A program made the position numbers and the translations under genes. Positions 16,826 to 26,585 of a stretch of 64,000 nt of DNA are shown in pieces (positions within the stretch are counted from its first letter, which is position 1; each line of letters begins with the position of its first letter). Below the pieces are notes generated by a model, which saw only the letters and a list, made by a program, of their open reading frames with translations, made no database searches and was not told the DNA's origin. Origin of the DNA: a virus; IMG/VR virus record IMGVR_UViG_3300045738_001212, positions 93,998 to 157,997 of that record; one strand, given 5' to 3'.

Positions 16826-17891
16826 AGAAAAACCAGAAGAAACCCCAGCAAGCGCAGAGGTTGTCATAGATGTAGCTGAAGACGCCCAACAAATGGTAGA
16901 ACAAGCCCCGCCGGAGCCATCGGACGCTAAAACTTACGAACTTGGTAGCGTAGAGCCCAACAAAATGGCAATTCCGGCAAAGGCTGATGACTCTCGTATG
17001 TTTGGTGAGCAATCAACACTTCAGAATTGCTATGAAAAAATTACAGTAAGAAATTCTCCCATTGAGGGCTTCGGGGTGTTTGCTCTTGTAGATATCCCAC
17101 GCGATACCGTATTGGAAGAGATTCCTTTCGTCATGTGGCCACGATCCTGTCAATTAGGAGACAAGGTGTATGCAATCATGGACCAAGACGGTTTCATCTC
17201 TCAAGATGAAAAACATTACGAACATATGAGGGCTGTGTTCGGTTTTAAACATCCAACCAAATACTATTTCAAATGGTATCCGCCCAACGCCCCAACAAAT
17301 TCGGACGGAAAACCTCTCGATTTTCAAGTTCTTCCCCTTGGCTTTGGCCCGATTTATAACTCGTCAAACTCTGAAAATAATGCTGGCTGGAAGGTGAAGG
17401 AAAAGACATTCGTATTCCATACGATGAGAGACATAAAGGCGGGAGAAGAAATCCAAACCTTTTACGGATATTTTGTGACCGAAGACGGGTCAACATTTAA
17501 TGTTAGCGACACGTTCGGCTTAGGTCTTGATTTTCAATCTGATCACGAAGGTGTTCTACGGGTTTTTTGCAGGTCGATGAGGTTCTCTGGAGATAAAGAA
17601 AGAGAACTCAGGTTAAAAGAGAGCGGCGTTCAAGAACTCCTCAAGCTTTTTGATCTTAGCAACAGGCAACTCAGGCTTCGCAAGATAAGTGTTATAGACG
17701 GAGCAGAGGAAAAGCACCCCTTCGAGTTCCCAGATGGATTCTCTTTGAAATTTCACTATATGAAACTGAAGGAATTCAAGCAGACCAGATTCAAAATGAT
17801 CAAACTAGTCTTTTCGTTCTACGGTAAAGAAGACTCCAAGCACGAAAAAGAACTAGCCAAGGAAGTCATCCTTCAGAACTATAATGGTTGA
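16812..17891 (+). CDS. SET-domain protein (putative protein lysine methyltransferase)
   Basis: SPIEGFGVFA; GFGPIYNSSNSENN; RDIKAGEEIQTFYG; likely start ATG 16812. Confidence 0.8.
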   Translation: METTKEKPEETPASAEVVIDVAEDAQQMVEQAPPEPSDAKTYELGSVEPNKMAIPAKADDSRMFGEQSTLQNCYEKITVRNSPIEGFGVFALVDIPRDTVLEEIPFVMWPRSCQLGDKVYAIMDQDGFISQDEKHYEHMRAVFGFKHPTKYYFKWYPPNAPTNSDGKPLDFQVLPLGFGPIYNSSNSENNAGWKVKEKTFVFHTMRDIKAGEEIQTFYGYFVTEDGSTFNVSDTFGLGLDFQSDHEGVLRVFCRSMRFSGDKERELRLKESGVQELLKLFDLSNRQLRLRKISVIDGAEEKHPFEFPDGFSLKFHYMKLKEFKQTRFKMIKLVFSFYGKEDSKHEKELAKEVILQNYNG

Positions 17892-18853
17892 TGAATATAA
17901 GTATAAGGCTAGAAGGTGGACTAGGGGATCATTTATTGGGTAACAGGTTTGTCCCTGCTATCCTTGAAGAGTATCCAGACGCACAAATTACGGCCTTCTC
18001 TGATACGGAGAACAATTCTTTTCAAAAAGAGTGCATAGAAATCCTCTATCCTCATTTCTATAAAGACATAAAGGTAATCCCTCACAAGAAATACAAGGAG
18101 TTCTGGGTAGACTGTCAGTTTGGGGAAGATAATTATTATGGAGCTTTGGAAAACTTACCAGACGAGGTGGTCCATGAAATGGAATCCTATGATAAGTTTT
18201 ACGATCTCCATATCGACTCCTTAAAATGGCTTGATTACGATTTCGATTGGTATAGGTATTTTAAGTTTTTCCCCGCGCCCGCGATTAAGAAAGACAAGAG
18301 TAAAGACCCCTACATAGTCTTTCAACTTCACACTTCTAGATCAGGAGTAAAGAACACCAACCACTATCTAGAGCCTTGGTACGTCAACAAGCTTATCCAC
18401 ACCCTAAGAGAAAGGCATAAGTGTAAGATCATAGCCACCCCGGAACTGCTAGAAGAATACAAGGAGCTTAAAGACTGTGAAAATGTTGAGATCGTTATTG
18501 GGGAAATTGAAGACATTATAGAAGAGATAAAAGACGCCTCTTTGTTTATTGGTATCGACTCAGGCTTTAGGTTTATCGGTTATTCTTTCGGGGTTCCTGC
18601 TATTTTGTACGGAATTTGGTACAAGCAACCCTATTGGTGTGTACCTTTTCATCAAATTAGGTGGAGTTTTTATCCTGAGCAGTGCTTTCCGTTGCATCAC
18701 GACTACAAAGAAATAACGTCTCTCGCTTTTAAAATTATGGAGAACAAGGCCATATCAGTATATCCTTTCGTTCAAGATTTTGATATGGAAATGGTAAGGA
18801 GAAAATGGACCATCAACAAAGAGAAGAGTATCTTGAGGGGAGAGTCACATTAG
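17891..18853 (+). CDS. GT9-like (heptosyltransferase-fold) glycosyltransferase
   Basis: GGLGDHLL...EEYPDAQI N-domain; LFIGIDSG C-domain. Confidence 0.75.
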   Translation: MNISIRLEGGLGDHLLGNRFVPAILEEYPDAQITAFSDTENNSFQKECIEILYPHFYKDIKVIPHKKYKEFWVDCQFGEDNYYGALENLPDEVVHEMESYDKFYDLHIDSLKWLDYDFDWYRYFKFFPAPAIKKDKSKDPYIVFQLHTSRSGVKNTNHYLEPWYVNKLIHTLRERHKCKIIATPELLEEYKELKDCENVEIVIGEIEDIIEEIKDASLFIGIDSGFRFIGYSFGVPAILYGIWYKQPYWCVPFHQIRWSFYPEQCFPLHHDYKEITSLAFKIMENKAISVYPFVQDFDMEMVRRKWTINKEKSILRGESH

Positions 18854-19575
18854 GGATAGGAATGCCTAGTGTTATCGGGCTTGGAGATGCCATTCAGTTC
18901 TCCTGTATACCGGAAAACTTCTACAAAAACACCAACCAAAGACTGGTAGACTTCAATAACTCTTACGTCTTTGACTACAACCCTTATGTTGTGCGTGATA
19001 TAACACCTCAAAAAATATTTGACCCTTGGGGGTTTAAGTGGAGTTCGGGTCACAATTTCCGTTCAAAATCAGCGAGGTGGTGTGACGGGTTGGGCCTAGA
19101 AAAATGTTACCTAAGACACCCTCGTCTCTACATATATGAAGATACCCAAAGTCATCTAAATTCCCCTACGGTTTCCATCCATTGCTCTGGCAAAACAAGA
19201 GGGCACCTGTCTGATAAGGTGATAAACGTAATCAAAAAAAACTATAAAGACTTTGACATTATTCAGGTCGGAGGGGCAAACGACAGAGACACCCCCTTTA
19301 TAGACAGGAGAGGGTTAACCTTTTTCGAAAGCGCAAAAATCATAGCCAACAGCCAAACGTTTATTGGTATTGACTCGGCGATGTACCATGTGGCAAGGTG
19401 TTACCCTCGTGTACGAAAGAAGATCATCATTCAAGACGACCACTTCAGCGAAGAAGAACTGCGGGATTTTTTTCCTTACAAAAAAGGATTTGATGACTGG
19501 ATAGATTTTGATTCTGAATATTTTAATGAATTTGATTACGACATAGGTATAACGAACGCGCTACACAAGGTTTAA
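18805..19575 (+). CDS. GT9-like glycosyltransferase
   Basis: IGLGDAI; IIQVGG; FIGIDSAMYHVA. Confidence 0.75.
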   Translation: MDHQQREEYLEGRVTLGIGMPSVIGLGDAIQFSCIPENFYKNTNQRLVDFNNSYVFDYNPYVVRDITPQKIFDPWGFKWSSGHNFRSKSARWCDGLGLEKCYLRHPRLYIYEDTQSHLNSPTVSIHCSGKTRGHLSDKVINVIKKNYKDFDIIQVGGANDRDTPFIDRRGLTFFESAKIIANSQTFIGIDSAMYHVARCYPRVRKKIIIQDDHFSEEELRDFFPYKKGFDDWIDFDSEYFNEFDYDIGITNALHKV

Positions 19576-19577
19576 TT

Positions 19578-20180
19578 ATGGGAAAAGAAACAAGCAAATC
19601 TTACAACTACAGACTGAAAAAGGGTTATGATAAATACCTACAAGGGAAAGGGGTAGACATCGGTCACGGTGGAGACCTTCTCTCTATGAGAATGTTTACT
19701 GGCATATCAGAATTGACCCCTTACGACCTCATTGACGACTCTTCGAACGACGCCGTTACTTGTCACAACTTGCCAGACGAAGCTTTTGATTTCGTATACA
19801 GTTCTCATTGTCTGGAGCATACGAGAGACCCGCACACTACGTTTTCGAATTGGATTAGGATATGTAAAACAGGTGGGCATATCTTCACTAGCGTCCCTCA
19901 CGAAGTCTTTTATGAAAAATGCCAATGGCCAAGCAGATTTGCCCCTTCTCAGATTGAGGGCGGTCACGGTCATCATTGCTCGTGGACCTTAGAGTGGAAA
20001 TCAAACCTGCCTCAATCAATAAATGTTAAAGATTTTATCAAAAAATTTGAAGACGAAGGCTTGGTCGAATTTGTATTAGCCGAAACCGCTTTGGAACATT
20101 TTGATTTTCGAAATTTTTTTGAAGATCAAACTCGGAGCAAGGCGATTTGCCAAATAGATTTCGTAGTCAGGAAACGATGA
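19578..20180 (+). CDS. class I SAM-dependent methyltransferase
   Basis: GVDIGHG; FDFVYSSHCLEH; WIRICKTGG. Confidence 0.85.
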   Translation: MGKETSKSYNYRLKKGYDKYLQGKGVDIGHGGDLLSMRMFTGISELTPYDLIDDSSNDAVTCHNLPDEAFDFVYSSHCLEHTRDPHTTFSNWIRICKTGGHIFTSVPHEVFYEKCQWPSRFAPSQIEGGHGHHCSWTLEWKSNLPQSINVKDFIKKFEDEGLVEFVLAETALEHFDFRNFFEDQTRSKAICQIDFVVRKR

Positions 20181-20599
20181 AAGTTTTTACCAATGGATGT
20201 TTTGACGTTCTCCACAGGGGGCACTTGGAACTGCTTAAGTACTGTCAGCAGTTAGCTTGCCCCGCGACAGGTGGATGGCTCATCGTCGGTTTGAATTCGG
20301 ACATGAGTGTCAGGGGATTAAAAGGGAAAAACAGGCCCATCAACAAGGAAGAAGATAGAAAATTTATGCTGGAAAGCTTGAAATTTGTTGACGAAGTTCA
20401 CATTTTTTCCGAGGATACCCCATACGAGTTAATCAAGAACCTCCGCCCAGATGTCATAGTAAAAGGGGGAGACTACAAGGCTGAAGATGTAGCGGGAAGC
20501 GACATTTGCGAGGTCAGAATTTTTAACCACTTAGAGGGGTATTCTACTTCGAACCTGATTAACTCGTGCGAAAGATTAACTTATGCTAGAAAACTATAA
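20177..20599 (+). CDS. RfaE/HldE domain II-like nucleotidyltransferase
   Basis: VFTNGCFDVLHRGH (HxGH), LIVGLNSD, KGKNRPIN, VKGGDY, GYSTS; start ATG 20177. Confidence 0.9.
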   Translation: MKVFTNGCFDVLHRGHLELLKYCQQLACPATGGWLIVGLNSDMSVRGLKGKNRPINKEEDRKFMLESLKFVDEVHIFSEDTPYELIKNLRPDVIVKGGDYKAEDVAGSDICEVRIFNHLEGYSTSNLINSCERLTYARKL

Positions 20600-21215
20600 A
20601 AAACTATCTACCACTGGAGTGATTAGGCAAGTAGATGTAGAGCCCATTGTTTACGATGAGAAATACGTTGTTCATTATAACGCTGGGCTTGGTGGACTAT
20701 CTAACGAGCTATCCTGTCTACGTCTTGGGGCCATACTGGGCTGCCTAAATCAACCAATAAATAAAATTCTAGACGTGGGGTATGGTGATGGGAATTTTTT
20801 AGAATGGGCTTCCAAGGTTGTTGAAGGGTGTTACGCCTACGACTCTTCCCCTGCGTATCCTCTTCCTTCGAATAGGCTTAAGATGGTGAACGACACGACT
20901 AGTAACTATTATGATGTAGTTACGTTTTTTAACAGTCTCGAACACATGCCTGATATTGATTTTCTTGAAAATTTAAGGTGCAAGTATGTTATTATTACGG
21001 TCCCTTGGTGTCACTACTTTTCAGATGATTGGTTTAAAGGCTGGAAACACAGAAAACCCAACGAACATATTTGGCATTTCAATGATGAATCTTTAAATAG
21101 GATGATGAGGTCCAAGGGATATTCTTCTGTTTATTATTCTAATCTTGAGGATATTATAAGGGGAGAAAAGATTGGCTATCCGAGTTATCTAACCGCCGTT
21201 TTCTCTAAGGGTTAA
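20583..21215 (+). CDS. class I SAM-dependent methyltransferase
   Basis: ILDVGYGDGNFL; YDVVTFFNSLEH; EHIWHF. Confidence 0.85.
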   Translation: MLENYKKLSTTGVIRQVDVEPIVYDEKYVVHYNAGLGGLSNELSCLRLGAILGCLNQPINKILDVGYGDGNFLEWASKVVEGCYAYDSSPAYPLPSNRLKMVNDTTSNYYDVVTFFNSLEHMPDIDFLENLRCKYVIITVPWCHYFSDDWFKGWKHRKPNEHIWHFNDESLNRMMRSKGYSSVYYSNLEDIIRGEKIGYPSYLTAVFSKG

Positions 21216-22277
21216 ATGAGTAATGTTATTGTTACGGGTGTGCTTGGGCAAGATGGCTCCAATATGGCGGACTTCTTGCTTAAGAATACTAGACATAAAA
21301 TTTACGGGATGATGCGGCGTAGTGCCACGCCTAACTTTAAAAACATTAAAGACCTAAAGAGCGTTCGATTTGAATTAGTTTACGGTGATCTAACCGACGA
21401 AGTAAGTATCAACAGGCTAGTTAAGAGAATCAAACCTAGATATTTTATAAACTTCGCAGCAAATTCTTTTGTCGGGTGTAGCTGGGACATGCCATTGCAA
21501 GTGTTCGACACCAATACGACAGGCGTTATCAGGTGCTTGGAAGCTATAAGAAATCACAAACCCAACTGTAGATTTTACAGTGCCGGAAGTAGCGAAGAGT
21601 TCGGTGACGTTAACTACTGCCCGCAAGATATAAGTCACCCTTTAAAACCACGAAGCCCTTACGGAGCCTCTAAGTGCGCGGCTAGACACATGGTTAAAGT
21701 CTATCGAGAAAGCTACAACATGTATGCTGTTCACGGCGTACTATTTAACCACGAAGGCATCAGGAGGGGAGAAGAGTTTGTAACAAGGAAGATCACGAAA
21801 GGAGTTGCTCGCATTTACCACGAAATGAGAGACGTGGATAAATGGAGGCAAAGACACGGAACCAAGCCGGTGTTTGACCCTATAGAACTTGGAAACCTTG
21901 ACGCCAAAAGAGACTGGAGCGACAGCGAAGATTTTGTCCAAGGAGTATGGCTGATGTTGAACCAAAAAAGCCCCAAAGACTATATCCTTGCCAGTGGAGA
22001 AGCTCATTCGATCAAGGAGTTTGTCGAAGAAGCTTTTGGTTGCGCTAAGATAGACGGAAAATGGGCTGGTAAAAATGAAAACGCAGCCTTCCTTCACTCT
22101 TGGGACGAATACAAAGTCGCCCTAGTGAAGGTCAATCCAGAATTTTACAGACCAGCAGAGGTTAACCTTTTGATGGGAGATTCCACTCCTATCAGAAAGG
22201 AGTTAAAATGGAAACCTAAAACAAATTTCACGGGGCTTGTCCGAAAAATGGTGGAATACGACATTAAAAATCCTTGA
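21216..22277 (+). CDS. gmd: GDP-mannose 4,6-dehydratase
   Basis: TGVLGQDGS, PRSPYGASK, LFNHEG, FVTRKIT, LGNLDAKRDW, RPAEV. Confidence 0.92.
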   Translation: MSNVIVTGVLGQDGSNMADFLLKNTRHKIYGMMRRSATPNFKNIKDLKSVRFELVYGDLTDEVSINRLVKRIKPRYFINFAANSFVGCSWDMPLQVFDTNTTGVIRCLEAIRNHKPNCRFYSAGSSEEFGDVNYCPQDISHPLKPRSPYGASKCAARHMVKVYRESYNMYAVHGVLFNHEGIRRGEEFVTRKITKGVARIYHEMRDVDKWRQRHGTKPVFDPIELGNLDAKRDWSDSEDFVQGVWLMLNQKSPKDYILASGEAHSIKEFVEEAFGCAKIDGKWAGKNENAAFLHSWDEYKVALVKVNPEFYRPAEVNLLMGDSTPIRKELKWKPKTNFTGLVRKMVEYDIKNP

Positions 22278-22302
22278 CTTCATTCTGGATTCGCGCTATA
22301 CT
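22274..22302 (+). promoter_or_regulatory. sigma70-like promoter of replication module
   Basis: TTGACT-17-TATACT; -35 overlaps gmd TGA stop. Confidence 0.7.
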
Positions 22303-22329
22303 CTCATTGTCATTCAACTGACTGAGAGG

Positions 22330-22701
22330 ATGAAGAAGAAAGGTCCAACACCTAAAGGATTCTACCTATTTATGGTGGAAAATTTCCTGAAAGGAAAAGG
22401 AAATCATCTTACCAGCGCGGGGTGGGCTAGGGAAACTAAAATCGCTAAAAAAATTTTTAATTTATACCCCAACGTGTATCTCTGGCACCAGATAGACCTT
22501 GGCTTTCTTTTAAATTCTTTAGCGTATTTTCTTACCCCCGAAGGAAAGTATACGTTGATTACCCAACGCAAAGGGATAGCCTTTAGACTAAAAAAAATTA
22601 AGTCCTACAAGCTTTCCCGCAGGAAGATAGGCAAAGACAAAAAGATCGTTAGAACGAAAAAAACATTAATGGATTTTTTAAATGAGCAAAAAAAGAATTA
22701 A
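22330..22701 (+). CDS. hypothetical basic protein
   Basis: Likely start ATG 22330 after the promoter and GAGAGG. Confidence 0.65.
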   Translation: MKKKGPTPKGFYLFMVENFLKGKGNHLTSAGWARETKIAKKIFNLYPNVYLWHQIDLGFLLNSLAYFLTPEGKYTLITQRKGIAFRLKKIKSYKLSRRKIGKDKKIVRTKKTLMDFLNEQKKN

Positions 22702-23758
22702 ATCGCTCCTTGTAGACAAAAGATTCAAGGGAGATCACTACAATCACCTAGAAAAAGTAAAATGGATTTGTAGCACGGGCAGTATACAACTAGACCTTTT
22801 CCTTGACGGGGGACTTAGGCCGGGATTCTTCAGGATGTCTGGCGAACCAGAAAGTGGTAAGACTAGTTTCGCCCTTAACGTGGCAAGAATATTTCAAGAA
22901 ACCATCCCGAATGCTTTTGTGTTCTATATTAATGCGGAGGGAAGACTTACTGAAGAGCTTTTGGAGCGGTCAGGAATCGACACCAGCGAAGACAAATGGT
23001 GCAGTTTCGATTCAAATATTTTAGAAACGGCGATGGGGATGGTAAAAGAACTTATTACCGAAAACGGAAGCGGGGAAGACAAGGAGCAGTATCGATATTT
23101 GTTCGTGGTTGACTCTACGGATGCGCTGATAAAAAAGGCAGACCTTAGCAAAAAATTTGACGAAGGGCAGAAAGTAGCAGGGTCAGCGGTTATCTTTTCT
23201 CATGTCGGGAAAGTCACGAGCTTGCCTCTCACCAAGAATGGCCACGCGATGTTTATACTTTCGCAAACTCGATATAAAATGAACATGGGTATGGGCACGG
23301 GGATGGGGACCACCCAATCAGGCGGGAAGGCTCTCAATTTCTACAGTTCCCTTATCGCTGAGATTAAACCTCTTTGGACTGATCTTTATATCTGGGAAAA
23401 CCCAAGCGGAGCATCTATAGAGAAGAAGGGTAAAAGATTAGGCCACCAATGCGTTCTTAAATTTACTAAAACCCGCAACGAAAAAACAGGGCAAACGGTA
23501 GAAGTGCCGATCAAATACGGATCGAAAGGAGAAGGCTCAATATGGGCTGAACATGAAGTTATGAATCTCTGTTTGCAATTCGAATTTCTTCACAAGAAAA
23601 ACGCTGGGTGGTTTGAATTTGATAAAGAACTGGTCGAAGACGCAAAAAGCGTTGACCTCAAGCCGAAACATCAAGGACTAAACAATTTAATTGGCTACTT
23701 AGAAAAAAACGAAGAGGTGACGCAGTTTCTTATGAACAAGTTTAAACAATTACTATGA
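22682..23758 (+). CDS. RecA/UvsX-like recombinase
   Basis: STGSIQLD, Walker A GEPESGKTS, Walker B FVVDS, ILSQTR, GGKALNFYSS. Confidence 0.92.
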   Translation: MSKKRIKSLLVDKRFKGDHYNHLEKVKWICSTGSIQLDLFLDGGLRPGFFRMSGEPESGKTSFALNVARIFQETIPNAFVFYINAEGRLTEELLERSGIDTSEDKWCSFDSNILETAMGMVKELITENGSGEDKEQYRYLFVVDSTDALIKKADLSKKFDEGQKVAGSAVIFSHVGKVTSLPLTKNGHAMFILSQTRYKMNMGMGTGMGTTQSGGKALNFYSSLIAEIKPLWTDLYIWENPSGASIEKKGKRLGHQCVLKFTKTRNEKTGQTVEVPIKYGSKGEGSIWAEHEVMNLCLQFEFLHKKNAGWFEFDKELVEDAKSVDLKPKHQGLNNLIGYLEKNEEVTQFLMNKFKQLL

Positions 23759-24168
23759 GGCTATACAGCACAGCAGGAAGACTGGTCAACAAAAACGTTA
23801 GCAAGTACCTGATAGACTGGGACAAAAAATCCAGATCGAAAATACAATTTAGAATAAAGCAATTTTTAAAAGAGCACTGGCAGAATCATATTGTTTATGA
23901 AGAGTTTCCAGTGTACGGGACGAGACTGAAAGTGGACATATTAAACGCGACAAAGAAAATAGCGGTAGAGGTGAACGGGAATCAGCACACCTCTTTTAAC
24001 AAGTTCTTTCACAAGACTCGCATTAACTTTTTGCAGTCCCTCAAAAGGGACCACAAAAAACTAGAGTGGTTGAAAACAAACGACTTTGAACTAATAGAAA
24101 TAGAAGAAAAAGAAGTTCCTTTGGTGACATATAAGTTTATCAAGGACAAATTTGGGATAGAAATATGA
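23755..24168 (+). CDS. PD-(D/E)XK endonuclease (Vsr/DUF559-like)
   Basis: EEFPV...VDIL...IAVEVNGNQH...RDHKK. Confidence 0.75.
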   Translation: MRLYSTAGRLVNKNVSKYLIDWDKKSRSKIQFRIKQFLKEHWQNHIVYEEFPVYGTRLKVDILNATKKIAVEVNGNQHTSFNKFFHKTRINFLQSLKRDHKKLEWLKTNDFELIEIEEKEVPLVTYKFIKDKFGIEI

Positions 24169-25661
24169 CGGCACTTTATTCATACAACATAGAAAAACAC
24201 GTATTGGGAGGGTTAGTGAAGAACCCAGAGGTATTTGCGGACATTGACACGTTCGTTACGGAGAAAGACTTTTACTCAGATGTACACTCAACAATTTATT
24301 GCTGTGTCAGGGACATCCTGCTTAAGGATTCAAAAATTGATCAAGTCATTCTGGCCCAGAGAATTAAGAACTTAGGGATATCATTCAAGGATGATATTAA
24401 TATTTTCGATTATATTGATTCAATTTCATTTACCCATATCACGGCGAAGGCGACCATAGAATCAGCAAAGGAACTTGTTTCCCTTAGAGTCAGAAGAGAC
24501 CTAGATGCGACTGCGGACAAAATCAAGAGGCACATAAAAGACACGCTAGACAAAGGGATATCTACCGTTATATCTGAAGTGGATGCTATTTATGGAGAAA
24601 AAGTTTCGGGCTACTACTCGGAAGAAAACGGTCCACAACGTCTCCTTAGTAGGATCATTGAAGAGATAGAAATCCGAAGCAACTCCGAAAACGAACTGGA
24701 AGAAATAGGATTCGCTGTCCCCTATCCAGAATTCAACAGGCTCTATGGGGGGCTTAGACCCAAATGCCTTTACTCGATAATTGCCCGCCCCGGCAACGGC
24801 AAGACCACGTTTCTTAATGACCTTGTTTTCAAAACTTGCATAAGCAGCAAGGTGAAAGCTCTTATCCTAGATACAGAAATGCCAACTGAAGATATAGAAT
24901 TTAGGATGTTCTCTGCAATTTCTCAGGTTCCCGTATGGCATCTAGAGACTGGGCAATGGAGGAGGAATACTGAGCTAGTACGAAAAACGAATGAAGGGTT
25001 TGTCAAAGTTAAAGAGTATCTCAAAGAAAATCAAGTCGATCACTACTTTATTGGGGACAAGTCAATTGACGAAGTGTGCTCCATTGTGAGAAGGTGGAAG
25101 CTTTCTGAGGTAGGGAGAGAGAACAGGTGCATTATAGCCCTTGACTACCTAAAGCTGACTGGGGAAAAAGTAAACCAGTCGTGGCTTGAATATCAGGCTA
25201 TTGGAGAAAAGGTTAACAAGCTAAAAAAACTAGCGATAGAAATCGATTGCCCCATCATCACCGCTGTCCAATCTAATCGGAGTGGGGAAGGTCGAAGGGT
25301 GGGAGACCCGGTTGACTCTAGCGTAATATCTCTTTCAGATAGGATTCAATGGTTTTCTGATTTCACCGCGTTTCTTACTCGAAAAATCAGAGAAGAGATG
25401 GCTTGGGATGGGGAAGATTATGGCACCCACATGCTTGTACCATTCAAAACGAGATATCAAGGAAGAGACGCGGCGGGACATCAAGACCTAGTAAGGAGAA
25501 GAGACCCCAATGGCAGAGAGAAATACTATAATAACTTTTTAAATTTTCATATTGAAAACTTTAATGTAGAAGAAAGAGGGTCACTACATGACATAGCCGA
25601 AAGAGAAAGAGCGCAGCATACGCCAGATGACGCCAGCGAAAGGGATGGAGAGTTGTTGTAA
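24165..25661 (+). CDS. dnaB: replicative DNA helicase (DnaB family)
   Basis: N-domain EKHVLGGL; Walker A ARPGNGKTT; DTEM; LDYLKL; AVQSNR. Confidence 0.92.
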   Translation: MTALYSYNIEKHVLGGLVKNPEVFADIDTFVTEKDFYSDVHSTIYCCVRDILLKDSKIDQVILAQRIKNLGISFKDDINIFDYIDSISFTHITAKATIESAKELVSLRVRRDLDATADKIKRHIKDTLDKGISTVISEVDAIYGEKVSGYYSEENGPQRLLSRIIEEIEIRSNSENELEEIGFAVPYPEFNRLYGGLRPKCLYSIIARPGNGKTTFLNDLVFKTCISSKVKALILDTEMPTEDIEFRMFSAISQVPVWHLETGQWRRNTELVRKTNEGFVKVKEYLKENQVDHYFIGDKSIDEVCSIVRRWKLSEVGRENRCIIALDYLKLTGEKVNQSWLEYQAIGEKVNKLKKLAIEIDCPIITAVQSNRSGEGRRVGDPVDSSVISLSDRIQWFSDFTAFLTRKIREEMAWDGEDYGTHMLVPFKTRYQGRDAAGHQDLVRRRDPNGREKYYNNFLNFHIENFNVEERGSLHDIAERERAQHTPDDASERDGELL

Positions 25662-26585
25662 ATGGACAATCCCATTAAAAACATATTAATTGAAATTGGA
25701 TACGACCTGATGGATCGCGGGAAAAACTATAGGGCTAAACCCCTGTACCGCGACTCTGACAGCGGCGATGTATTGTCTATTGATAAAGAGTCTGGGGTAT
25801 GGTATGACTTCAAAGAGAGAAAAGGGGGCAAATTCGAGGAACTCGTTAGGCTTTCCTTGAAGCAAGGAGACGTTTCCGAAACTAAAGAGTGGCTAAAATC
25901 TAGAACGAATGGGTACGCAATCGTTCGTAATAAAAAACCAGAAATTAAAACACCAAAAAAATACTCAAAGGAAATACTCCTAAAGCTGCAAAAGGACCAC
26001 TCTTATTGGCTAGGAAGAAACATAGATAAAGAAACGCTAGAGGTTTTCGATGGGGGCTTGGCAAACTCTGGGCAGATGGCGAACAGGTATGTATTCCCCA
26101 TCTTCAACTCTCAAGATGACCTAGTTGGTTTTACGGGAAGATACGTGAAGGAAATTCCAAAAGAATTCAAAATACCAAAATGGAAGCATGTAGGGACGGT
26201 CTCTAACTGGTGCTATCCATTAAAGCATAATCTCAAAGACATACGAGAAGCGAAGAAAGTCATCCTAGTAGAGAGCGTGGGAGATATGCTTTCCCTTTGG
26301 AATGCGGGAATAAAATACTCCGTGGTTACATTCGGCCTAACGATAAGCAAAGCTATTACTATTGTGTTGCTTAAAATGGATGTCCAAAAAGTTATAATCT
26401 CTTTCAACAACGATAGCCAAAATAACCACGCAGGGAACAAGGCGGCAGAAAAAGCGGCCAGTAGACTTTACTATCACTTTGACAAGCAGCAGGTGAGAGT
26501 CGCTCTGCCTACTAAAAATGATTTCGGAGAGATGACGAGAAAGGAAATCCAGCAGTGGTGCTCGACTGCTCTTGGGGATGTCTAA
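25662..26585 (+). CDS. DNA primase (TOPRIM)
   Basis: RYVFPI...GFTGR, PKWKH, ILVESVGD, SFNND, NDFGEM; follows dnaB. Confidence 0.85.
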   Translation: MDNPIKNILIEIGYDLMDRGKNYRAKPLYRDSDSGDVLSIDKESGVWYDFKERKGGKFEELVRLSLKQGDVSETKEWLKSRTNGYAIVRNKKPEIKTPKKYSKEILLKLQKDHSYWLGRNIDKETLEVFDGGLANSGQMANRYVFPIFNSQDDLVGFTGRYVKEIPKEFKIPKWKHVGTVSNWCYPLKHNLKDIREAKKVILVESVGDMLSLWNAGIKYSVVTFGLTISKAITIVLLKMDVQKVIISFNNDSQNNHAGNKAAEKAASRLYYHFDKQQVRVALPTKNDFGEMTRKEIQQWCSTALGDV

